From an uncultured Vicinamibacterales bacterium (lineage in GTDB: Bacteria; Acidobacteriota; Vicinamibacteria; Vicinamibacterales; JAKQTR01): a stretch of 64,000 bases of DNA. Numbering within the stretch: the stretch's first letter is position 1; each line of letters begins with the position of its first letter. Below, in pieces: positions 9,019 to 17,040 of the stretch. The translations under genes were made by a program, and so were the position numbers. The notes beneath the pieces were generated by a model, which made no database searches, was not told where the DNA came from, and worked only from the letters and a program-made list of their open reading frames with translations. The stretch lies in the NCBI GenBank assembly GCA_964358795.1, contig CAYHRK010000001.1:1432-65431 (forward strand), written 5' to 3'.

Positions 9019-10037
9019 CGCGAGGGCGGCTCCATGGCGTCCGTGTCGAGGTAGTGGGCCAGATGAGCGCGGTAGAAGGCCACCGTGCGCGCGATGCCTT
9101 CGCGCAGGCCCACGCGCGGCTGCCAGCCGGTTCGGGCGCGGAACTTGCTCGAATCCGCGTAGAAACTGCCAATGTCGATGGCTTTCTTGTCGGGCGGCCA
9201 CTCGACGTAGCGTACCCGGCCGGTGCCGGCCACGTCGATCAGCAAGCCCACCAGGTCCCGGTGGCTGATGGCCTGGCTGCCGCCGACGTTGAACACTTCG
9301 CCGTTGCACTCATCGGATGCACCCGCCATCAAGAACGCCTCGGCCGCATCGTCCACGTAGACGAAGTCGCGCAGCTGGGATCCGTCACCGTACACCTGGA
9401 TCTCCTGGTCCTCGACCGCCAGGCGCATGAACCACCCGATGAATCCCTGCCGATTGTGCTTCACGAGCTGGCGAGGGCCGTAGACATTGGTCAGGCGCAG
9501 GGAGCAGGCGCGCACGCCGAACACGTTGTTGTAGACGAGATGGTAGTACTCGCCAGCGGCCTTGTTGATGCCGTTCACATCGGTGGGCCGCACCAGGTGC
9601 TGTTCGGTGACCGGCAGGACATCGGGTCTGCCGTACACCTGCCGCGTGCCCGCAAAGACCAGCTTCGCGGTCGGGTTGTAGCGGCGGCAGGCCTCGAGAA
9701 TCGACAACTGACTGCGGCAGTTGATTTCGAGATCCGTGTACGGATCGCGCATGCTGTCGATGTGGCTCACCTGGCCGGCCAGGTTGAAGATGACATCGAC
9801 GTGTCGCACCAGATAGTTGATCGTGCTCTGCTGGCGCACGTCCGCCACGTTCACACGGACCTGATGCTCAATGCCTGTGATGTTGTAGAGGTTGCCGCCG
9901 TAGTCGGGAATCAGCGAGTCCACCAGGAGCACGTCGGCGCCCAACTCGACCAACCGGTGAGCCAGGTTGCTGCCGATGAACCCCAGTCCGCCGGTGATCA
10001 TGACCCGACGGTTATGGTAGTACGCCTGGTGGCTCAT
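9015..10037 (-). CDS. Extended-SDR NAD-dependent epimerase/dehydratase homologue with non-canonical active-site motif
   Basis: 340 aa from ATG at 10037 (MSHQAYYHNRRVMITGGLGFIGSNL). ATGA overlap at 10034-10037. At the position of the SDR YxxxK motif the sequence reads NGINK (9561-9575). Confidence 0.8.
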   Translation of the reverse strand: MSHQAYYHNRRVMITGGLGFIGSNLAHRLVELGADVLLVDSLIPDYGGNLYNITGIEHQVRVNVADVRQQSTINYLVRHVDVIFNLAGQVSHIDSMRDPYTDLEINCRSQLSILEACRRYNPTAKLVFAGTRQVYGRPDVLPVTEQHLVRPTDVNGINKAAGEYYHLVYNNVFGVRACSLRLTNVYGPRQLVKHNRQGFIGWFMRLAVEDQEIQVYGDGSQLRDFVYVDDAAEAFLMAGASDECNGEVFNVGGSQAISHRDLVGLLIDVAGTGRVRYVEWPPDKKAIDIGSFYADSSKFRARTGWQPRVGLREGIARTVAFYRAHLAHYLDTDAMEPPSR

Positions 10038-10795
10038 CGTGACGCCCCGGACCCGTCGGTGCCGCCGGACGCTGCGCGTTGGCGCGACACGACAAGCGCC
10101 CACCAGAGTTTCAGCACGTCCACCCCAGTCCTGGCGATGCGGCCAAAATTGAAGAACTGCGACCTCCCGTACGCCCGGTGGTAGTGGTGCACCGGGGCTT
10201 CGACAATCCGGAAGCCGGCATCCTGAATCTTCTTCATCATCTCCAGGCAAATCACGCCGCTGCTTTTCTCGAGGCGCACCCGGTCGAAGATCGCGCGTCG
10301 CATCAACCGGAAGTCGCAATCGACGTCGCGCACCTTCAGGCCGAACAGCAGTTTCACCGTCCAGTGATAGAACCGGCCGATGAAGATCCGGTGCAGGGGA
10401 TCCGATCGGCTGATCTTGTAGCCATTCACCACGTCGACGCCCGGGACGAGTCGAGCCCACAGGACGGCCATTTCCGACGGATCGTACTGCGCATCGCCAT
10501 CGGTATAGAACACGAACTCCTTGGTCGCGTTCGCAAATCCGCTGCGCAGCGCACTGCCGTACCCACGATTGCCCTGATGGTGGACGACACGCACGAGCGG
10601 ATAGACCCGGGCCAGCTCGTTGGCAATCTGTGGCGTGGCGTCGCGGCTGCCGTCGTTGATGATCAGCACCTCGTAGTCCGGCGTCAGGCGTCCTGCCGCC
10701 AGCACGGCGCTGATCACCATGCTGGCGATGGTGCCGCTGTCGTTGTACGCCGGGAAGAACACCGTCAACCCGGGTGTGATCTGGGGCCCAGACAT
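10034..10795 (-). CDS. GT2 glycosyltransferase, Dpm1/ArnC-like (polyprenyl-phosphate sugar synthase type)
   Basis: 253 aa. Motifs VFFPAYNDSGTI, IINDGSRD, YTDGDAQYD (DxD). Confidence 0.8.
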   Translation of the reverse strand: MSGPQITPGLTVFFPAYNDSGTIASMVISAVLAAGRLTPDYEVLIINDGSRDATPQIANELARVYPLVRVVHHQGNRGYGSALRSGFANATKEFVFYTDGDAQYDPSEMAVLWARLVPGVDVVNGYKISRSDPLHRIFIGRFYHWTVKLLFGLKVRDVDCDFRLMRRAIFDRVRLEKSSGVICLEMMKKIQDAGFRIVEAPVHHYHRAYGRSQFFNFGRIARTGVDVLKLWWALVVSRQRAASGGTDGSGASR

Positions 10796-10804
10796 GTCGA
10801 GATC

Positions 10805-12061
10805 CTATACCGTCCCACGGCGTTCGCGCGCGCGACAGGACGCCCAATCGTACACCTGTTCGAACCGCTCGGCCACGCGATCCCATGTGTGCAGGCGCAG
10901 AGATTGCTCGCGCGCCCTGGCTGCCAGACCCATGCGGAAGTCCGGGTCGGCCAGCAGCCGATCGATCGCCGCTTCGAGCGCCCCGGCATCCTTCTCGGGT
11001 ACCAGCAGCCCGGTGCGCTCGTGCGTGACCACCGACGGGATGCCGCCCGCCGTGGTCGCCACAAGCGGCGTGCCCGACGCCAGCGCTTCCATGACGGTAT
11101 TGGGCAGACCATCCACGTTGCCAGCCTCGTCGTGCACCGAGGGCATCACCGCCACGTCGGCGGCGGCCAGCCAGGCCGCCACGTCGCGCTGGGGCAACAC
11201 GCCGGTAAACTGAACCCGGCCTGCGATGCCCGCCTCGCGCGCGCGCCGCCGGAGCTCACCGTCCAGGTCGCCGCCGCCAGCAATCACCAGCCGCAGGCCC
11301 GGCCAGCGCGGAGCCAGGCCGGCCACGGCGTCAATCAGATACTCGAATCCCTTCTTGCGCACGAACCGGCCCGCCGTAAACAGCACCAGATCGCCGGGCC
11401 CGGCGGCCATCGCCGACCGGCCTGCCGCCCGACGCGTCGGGTCGGGCCTGAACTGGTCCACATCCACACCATACGCAATGGTCTCGATCCGTTTCGGGTC
11501 GGCGCCAAGCGCGATGACCCGATCGCGCAGGTCGTCGCTGCAGGCGGTCACCCAGTCAACGCGGCGCAGCGCTGCTTGAGCCGCCCTGCGCACAAGCCCG
11601 TGGCGCTCGGCGACGTAGACATCCGATCCGTGCAGGCTGATGACGGTCGGCAGTCGCCGCCCGACGGCGGTGGCAATGACGCCGCTGGGGATGAGCCAAT
11701 GCCCGTGAATCACGGTGGCGCGCACCTGGCGGACGACGCGCCGCGCCGCCTGGAAGGAGGCCAGCAGCGCCAGTGGCGCGGCGAGATAGGCGGACAAGCG
11801 CAAATGCACATCTTCGCGCAGGGCCTCGGCATAGCCAAACGTGTTCAGACGGGGATGTGGCGCGTACGTGAAGGGATGGAAATAGACGCCGTGCTCGACT
11901 GGCCCCCTCGACAGACGCGGATGCCACGGCAGCACCACGTGCACCTGGTGGCCGCGGGCGGCGATGCCCTTGGCGATCGGCTCCATGAAGGTGCCGATCG
12001 TGTCCCCGTCGAAGCGGGGATACGACGTGGTGATCATGACGGCCACGTGGTCTGCGCTCAC
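10805..12061 (-). CDS. GT4 glycosyltransferase
   Basis: Start is either GTG at 12061 (GTGA overlap with the upstream stop at 12058-12060) or ATG at 12037 (MITTSYPRF). Motifs SLHGSDV, FTAGRFVRKKG, GLPNTVMEALASGTPLVATTAGGIP (EX7E region). Confidence 0.85.
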   Translation of the reverse strand: MSADHVAVMITTSYPRFDGDTIGTFMEPIAKGIAARGHQVHVVLPWHPRLSRGPVEHGVYFHPFTYAPHPRLNTFGYAEALREDVHLRLSAYLAAPLALLASFQAARRVVRQVRATVIHGHWLIPSGVIATAVGRRLPTVISLHGSDVYVAERHGLVRRAAQAALRRVDWVTACSDDLRDRVIALGADPKRIETIAYGVDVDQFRPDPTRRAAGRSAMAAGPGDLVLFTAGRFVRKKGFEYLIDAVAGLAPRWPGLRLVIAGGGDLDGELRRRAREAGIAGRVQFTGVLPQRDVAAWLAAADVAVMPSVHDEAGNVDGLPNTVMEALASGTPLVATTAGGIPSVVTHERTGLLVPEKDAGALEAAIDRLLADPDFRMGLAARAREQSLRLHTWDRVAERFEQVYDWASCRARERRGTV

Positions 12062-12795
12062 CGGGTTCCAGCTCCCGAGCCGGTTCGCAGCCGGCCGCGG
12101 TGGCGCAACAGGAGACGCCAGGGCATGACCATCGACTCGAGCAGCACGCGTCCCGACATCTTCGATGCGCCCTGCCGGCGCTCGACATAGATGATCGGCA
12201 CTTCGGTGATGCGGCAGCCCAGGCGCGCCGCCTCGAACAGGGTTTCCACCATGAAGGCGTAGCGCTGCGACAGGATGCGATCGAGCGGAAGTCTGGCCAG
12301 CGCCTCTCGCCGCCAGCACCGGAATCCGCTGGTGGTATCTCGGGGGGACAGGCCGGTGACGGCCCGTACGTAGCCGTTGGCAAACGTGCTCAGCACGATG
12401 CGTTGCAGCGGCCAGTTCACCACGCTGATGCCGTTGAGGTACCGGGATCCCAGCACCAGATCGTAGTCCCGTGTCGCTTCGATCAGATCGGGCAGGTAGC
12501 GTGGATCGTGCGAGAAGTCGGCGTCCATCTGGCAGATGAGCTCAGCGCCGCTTTGCAGAGCCCACCCGAACCCATCCACGTACGACAAGCCGAGACCGCG
12601 CGGGCCTGTGCGGTGCAGCACGTCAAGCCGTCCCGGGTGGGCGCGCGCCAGTTCATCGGCGATCGCGCCGGTGCCGTCGGGCGACTGGTCATCCACCACC
12701 AGGATCCGGAACGGGTGCGCGTCGAGAATCTGGCGCGCGAGCACCGGCAGGTTCTCGCACTCGTTGTAGGTCGGGATGATGACGAGGACACGCAT
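12058..12795 (-). CDS. GT2 polyprenol/dolichol-phosphate mannose synthase-like (Ppm1/Dpm1 family)
   Basis: 245 aa from ATG at 12795 (MRVLVIIPTYNECENL). Motifs VVDDQSPDGT, QMDADFSHDP. The 359-aa track ORF is a 5' extension into the upstream gene. Confidence 0.85.
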   Translation of the reverse strand: MRVLVIIPTYNECENLPVLARQILDAHPFRILVVDDQSPDGTGAIADELARAHPGRLDVLHRTGPRGLGLSYVDGFGWALQSGAELICQMDADFSHDPRYLPDLIEATRDYDLVLGSRYLNGISVVNWPLQRIVLSTFANGYVRAVTGLSPRDTTSGFRCWRREALARLPLDRILSQRYAFMVETLFEAARLGCRITEVPIIYVERRQGASKMSGRVLLESMVMPWRLLLRHRGRLRTGSGAGTR

Positions 12796-12803
12796 GCCAG
12801 AGG

Positions 12804-14102
12804 TCACGGCCGCAGCGCCCGCAAGGATGCCGCCATCACCAGGAGCGCCGGATCGACCACCGGGATTCGAAATCGCTCCTGCGGAAGAAACACCACCGAC
12901 GCCAGCACCGATCCGGCCGCCAGCAGCAGCAGCGACATCGGCACGCGTCTGGTGCGCACCAGCCGCGCGAATCCGGCCAGGGCAAACGGCAGGACGCCCA
13001 GATACGATGCGACCGAGCTCCACAAGTACAACGGTGAGTGTAACCGGTACGACGGCCCGATCGGCACAATCGTGTAGAACAGCTTCCGCACCAGCAGCCA
13101 TGCCCACCAGACCGGGTGATCGCGGATAAACCGCCATGCTTCCCGGTAGTAGATCGATTCCAGTTGTTCTGGACTCAGCCCCGGATGGCGCGCTCGCAGT
13201 TCGAGGTTGGCGCGCTTCAGGTCCGGGTTGGCCGCCAGGTCGCCTTCGCCGATGGCCATCGCGTGGTTACCCGTCCAGAACGTGATGCCACCCTCCGACG
13301 CGATGGGCACAAATCTGCCGGCGGTCCGCGTGTTGTAGACGCTCCACGGCGCGACCGCCAGCACGGCAGCGATGGCGAACACGGCAGCCGGGCGAACGCC
13401 GCGGGTCCACCAGACCCACGGCCCGGCCAGCACCAGAAAAAACAGCATGGCCGGCCGCGTCAGAACGGCCAGCCCTGCCAGGATGCCGGAGGCCGCGTAC
13501 AGCCAGACAGATCCGCGGTCCGGCACCCGTCCGCGATCGCCCTCGGCCGGCGTCACGATCCGATGGGCTGCCATGTTCAGCACGGCCGCACAGCCAAGCG
13601 CGACCACGGCGTAGAGGGTTTCGCTGAAGACGTATGCGGGTGTCCAGACCAGCGGCGGGTAGAGGGCCGCTAGCCAGGCCGCCGTCGCGGCGGCCCGGGA
13701 GCCGGCAGCCCGCCCGGCCATCCACCCGACCAGCCATACAAGCAGGCCGCCCAGTGCCGCCTGGCTCGTCCTGATGGCGCGTAGTACCGCCGGTCGAGCC
13801 ACATCTCCCTCGAGAGGACCAGCCGCCGCGTCGATGCCTGCCGCCTGCGACACCCGTATGACGCCGGCAAGAAACAGGGGATAGAACGGCGCCCGACCGA
13901 AATGCTCTCCTGGCGCCTGCGACCCATCAGGCAGGAGGTACACGAATCCCCTCCCGCTGGCCACATTCCGCGCAAGCAGGAGGTACTCGCGTTCGTCGTG
14001 AGTGAGCGGCTTGTCCACCCAGTAACCCAAGCCGAACACGAGGCGCGCGATCACACCGATGGCCACGGCGAGCCACACGACGCGGGGCACTGGTCGATCC
14101 AC
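12804..14102 (-). CDS. GT-C membrane glycosyltransferase (PMT_2/ArnT-like, GT39/GT83 type)
   Basis: ~432 aa from GTG at 14102, 6 nt after the upstream stop (alternative GTG at 14090). N-terminal TM helix followed by PLTHDEREYLLLARNVASGRGF, the DE..Y...A loop motif of ArnT/PMT-type enzymes. Many TM segments. Confidence 0.7.
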   Translation of the reverse strand: MDRPVPRVVWLAVAIGVIARLVFGLGYWVDKPLTHDEREYLLLARNVASGRGFVYLLPDGSQAPGEHFGRAPFYPLFLAGVIRVSQAAGIDAAAGPLEGDVARPAVLRAIRTSQAALGGLLVWLVGWMAGRAAGSRAAATAAWLAALYPPLVWTPAYVFSETLYAVVALGCAAVLNMAAHRIVTPAEGDRGRVPDRGSVWLYAASGILAGLAVLTRPAMLFFLVLAGPWVWWTRGVRPAAVFAIAAVLAVAPWSVYNTRTAGRFVPIASEGGITFWTGNHAMAIGEGDLAANPDLKRANLELRARHPGLSPEQLESIYYREAWRFIRDHPVWWAWLLVRKLFYTIVPIGPSYRLHSPLYLWSSVASYLGVLPFALAGFARLVRTRRVPMSLLLLAAGSVLASVVFLPQERFRIPVVDPALLVMAASLRALRP

Positions 14103-14107
14103 GATGC

Positions 14108-15007
14108 CTACTCGTGTCGCTCGAACCGCAGAGCGGCGATCTGTTCCGAGACCAAGCCAACCAGGAAGACGATGACCGCCAGCATGATCAACAGCACCGA
14201 CGAATTGGTGACGTGGGACTGTGTGGCAATCGTCCACGCCGCGTAGGCGGAGCCGGCCATGAAGGCGGCGAGGCTGATCGGGAAGAAGATCCGCAGCGGA
14301 CTGAACAGCGTGACGATCTTGAAGGCGATCAGCAGGAACTTCAGCCCGTCGCGCACGAACTTGATCTTCGACTTGCCGACCCGCGTGTCGGCTTCGATCG
14401 GCTCGAAGTGGACGTTGTACCCCGCCTTGATGAATGCCAGCGTCGTGGTGGTCGGCGTCGAAAAGCCGTTCGGCAGCAGGTGTAGGAACTCGCGCAGACA
14501 CGTGCGCCGCGCGCCGCGGAAGCCCGAAGTCAGGTCGGGTACGTGCCGCCCGGTCAGGTAGCTGGCCAGCCAGTTCAAGGCGCTGTTGCCCAGCAACCGC
14601 GCCTGTGTGGCCTGGGTGCCCAGCGAACGCGCGCCAATGACCAGATCGTACTCGCCGAGAAACGACACTAGGCGGGCTGCGTCGCCCGCGCGGTGCTGGC
14701 CATCACCGTCGATGATCAGCACATACTCGCCGGTCGCGTGGCGAATGCCCGTTTTCACCGACGCACCGTTCCCCTTGTTGTACGGATGGCGTACGACGGT
14801 AGCCCCCGCGGCCCCCGCGCGCGCGGCGGTCTGGTCGGCCGACCCGTCGTCCACCACCAGAATCTCGTGCCACGGCCCCGCGCCGCCCAGCGCCTCGACC
14901 AGCGGACCGATGGCCGCCTCCTCGTTGTAGGCCGGAATCACGATTGAGGTCGCTGCCCGTTCGGCCACCTCGCTAGCTCCGGTCCTGCGCAGCGGAGGCG
15001 CCGCCAT
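14108..15007 (-). CDS. Membrane-anchored GT2 (GtrB/ArnC-type polyprenyl-phosphate glycosyltransferase)
   Basis: Motifs IVIPAYNEEAAI, VVDDGSADQT, IIDGDGQH, and two C-terminal TM helices. Start is uncertain: TTG at 15016 (track), ATG at 15007 or GTG at 14968. The first two overlap the upstream gene (stop at 14973). Confidence 0.8.
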   Translation of the reverse strand: MAAPPLRRTGASEVAERAATSIVIPAYNEEAAIGPLVEALGGAGPWHEILVVDDGSADQTAARAGAAGATVVRHPYNKGNGASVKTGIRHATGEYVLIIDGDGQHRAGDAARLVSFLGEYDLVIGARSLGTQATQARLLGNSALNWLASYLTGRHVPDLTSGFRGARRTCLREFLHLLPNGFSTPTTTTLAFIKAGYNVHFEPIEADTRVGKSKIKFVRDGLKFLLIAFKIVTLFSPLRIFFPISLAAFMAGSAYAAWTIATQSHVTNSSVLLIMLAVIVFLVGLVSEQIAALRFERHE

Positions 15008-15983
15008 CGCCGGCAACAGACGGCCCGCCCTCGGGCGACGCTTGCCGCAATTCCATCAGCCGCACGCGGTACAGCAGTTCCTCGAGGAGTTTGCGGTTGC
15101 CGGAGATCACGTCGGCCAGCAAGCCGATCAGGCCGATCTGGAACCCGACAATCATGAGCACCGCCGACAGGATCAACGACTGCACGTGCCCGAGTCCTTC
15201 TCCAGCCAGGTAGAAGTACACGAAGCGCGCCGACACGGTCAGGCCCCCCAGGAACACGACGAGGCCGATCGAGCCGAACACCTTCAAGGGCTCGTACATG
15301 GCGTAGACGCGGACGATGGTCGCGGCAGACGCCTTGATGTAGGTACGCACGTTGGCAAACAGGCGCGACTGGCGCGTGCGGTGGTTGGTGCTGACGGGCA
15401 CGTGCGCAATGGCCATGCGCTTCTTGCCCGCCTGGATAATCGACTCGAGCGTGTAGGAAAACTCCGACACGATCGTCATGCGCAGCGCCGCCTCGCGCGT
15501 GTACGCCCGAAACCCGCTGGTCGTGTCGGGCACCTGGGTGTCCGACACCTGGCGCACGACCCAGCTGCCGAGCCACTGCAACCGTTTCCGCATCGGCGAC
15601 ATGTAGCTGAGATCCTGGATGTTGCGATCGCCGATCACGATGTCGGCCTCGCCCTTCACCAGCGGTGCGATCAGCGCGGCGATGTCGGCGCCCACGTACT
15701 GGTTGTCGCCATCCGTGTTGACGATGATGTCGGCGCCCAGTTTCAGCGAGGCGTCGATGCCCGCCGCAAACGCCGACGCCAGGCCGCGGCGCCGGGAAAA
15801 CCGGACCACGTGCGCCACGCCGTGCCGGCGCGCCACCTGGGCGGTGCCATCGGTCGACCCGTCGTCGACGATCAGGATCTCGACAGCGTCGACGCCGGGG
15901 ACCGACCGTGGCAGATCGCGCAGCGTCGCAGGAAGCGTCTCGGCCTCGTTCAGACACGGGATCTGGATAATCAGCTTCTTCAC
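14973..15983 (-). CDS. Membrane-anchored GT2 (GtrB/ArnC-type polyprenyl-phosphate glycosyltransferase), paralogue of the adjacent gene
   Basis: 336 aa. Motifs IQIPCLNEAETL, IVDDGSTDGT, NTDGDNQY, and a C-terminal TM pair. GTG start in a GTGA overlap with the upstream GT4 stop (15980-15983). Confidence 0.85.
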   Translation of the reverse strand: MKKLIIQIPCLNEAETLPATLRDLPRSVPGVDAVEILIVDDGSTDGTAQVARRHGVAHVVRFSRRRGLASAFAAGIDASLKLGADIIVNTDGDNQYVGADIAALIAPLVKGEADIVIGDRNIQDLSYMSPMRKRLQWLGSWVVRQVSDTQVPDTTSGFRAYTREAALRMTIVSEFSYTLESIIQAGKKRMAIAHVPVSTNHRTRQSRLFANVRTYIKASAATIVRVYAMYEPLKVFGSIGLVVFLGGLTVSARFVYFYLAGEGLGHVQSLILSAVLMIVGFQIGLIGLLADVISGNRKLLEELLYRVRLMELRQASPEGGPSVAGDGGASAAQDRS

Positions 15984-17023
15984 GATCCCACCAGTCTCTC
16001 GACCACGCCGTCCCAGGTGACCAGCCGCGCCCGCTCGTAGCCGGCGGCACCCATGGCGGCCGCCCCAGCCCGATTCCCGGCAAGCCGAGTGAACGCGTCA
16101 GCCAGGGCCGCCGGTACGGGCTCGCAGACCAAACCGTTGACCCCGTGCTGCACGAACTCGAGCGTGCCGCCCGAATCGGCGGCCGTCACGACGGGCTTGT
16201 GAGCCAGAAACGACTCGAGCGTCACGTAGCCGTAGTCCTCGTCGTAGGGCGCATACACCACGCCGAGCGCCCCCGCATAGAGATCGACGAGTGGTTCGTC
16301 TTCGACCGCCCCGGCAAAACGGACGCGGTCGCCGACCCCCAATTCGGCGGCCAGGCGTTGCAGGCGCCCGCGCTCGGTGCCTTCTCCGGCCACAATGAGC
16401 CGCAGGGAACCGGGAACCAGGGCGAGCGCCTGGATCGCCAGGTCGACGCGCTTCACCGTTTCCAGCCGGCCCACCGACAAGAGATAGTCTCCCGCCGGAC
16501 CGGGCACGATCCGATCGGCGAGTCTAGGCGGATGATACAGCGGTTCGGCGCGCAGGCCGTTGAACTTCGCGAGCCGGTTCGCCGTATTGCCGGCGTTGGT
16601 GAACAAGCGGCGGCACTCGCCGAGCATGGCGGTATCAAGCGCGATCAGCTTCTGCCGCAGGCCCACGTCCAGATCGGTGTGCGCGAAGTCGCTGTAGGGC
16701 GTGCCGCACAGCTCGTAGGCCGCACGGTACTGGTGGATCAGCCACGCCACTTTGTTCGGGTGCCGCGCGAAGTACGACGGAAACTTGGTGGCAATCACGA
16801 GATCGATCGGCGTGCCGTTGCTTTCACCGAGATCCAGCAGCCGCCAGGCCGCCGCGTGCGCGAGGATTTCGTCTTTTGGGTACCACTTGAACGGCACCGA
16901 CACGAGGTCCACGAGATACCCGTGCCCGCGCAGCCGATCCACCAGTTGGCGGACATGGCTCTCGGCGCCGCCCCTGACAAGCGGCACCTGCGCCTCGCAG
17001 ACGAGGATGGTGCGGATGGCCAT
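15980..17023 (-). CDS. GT4 glycosyltransferase (first gene of the glycan block)
   Basis: 347 aa. Motifs RGGAESHV, LIVAGEG, YGYVTLESFLAHKPVVTAADSGGTLEFV (EX7E region). Confidence 0.85.
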   Translation of the reverse strand: MAIRTILVCEAQVPLVRGGAESHVRQLVDRLRGHGYLVDLVSVPFKWYPKDEILAHAAAWRLLDLGESNGTPIDLVIATKFPSYFARHPNKVAWLIHQYRAAYELCGTPYSDFAHTDLDVGLRQKLIALDTAMLGECRRLFTNAGNTANRLAKFNGLRAEPLYHPPRLADRIVPGPAGDYLLSVGRLETVKRVDLAIQALALVPGSLRLIVAGEGTERGRLQRLAAELGVGDRVRFAGAVEDEPLVDLYAGALGVVYAPYDEDYGYVTLESFLAHKPVVTAADSGGTLEFVQHGVNGLVCEPVPAALADAFTRLAGNRAGAAAMGAAGYERARLVTWDGVVERLVGS

Positions 17024-17040
17024 ACGCGCCGATCACCGTA

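Noticed and set aside
7924-10886. 461-aa and 623-aa track ORFs with long N-terminal extensions
   Set aside because: Family N-termini and ATGA overlaps place the real starts at 9018 and 10037. The extensions overlap upstream genes and are Arg/Pro/Gly-rich.
10079-12190. 703-aa plus-strand ORF
   Set aside because: It lies antisense to the well-supported GT2 and GT4 genes. Its composition is dominated by Arg/His/Gly/Pro/Ala with no recognisable domain. This is the typical shadow ORF of a high-GC genome.
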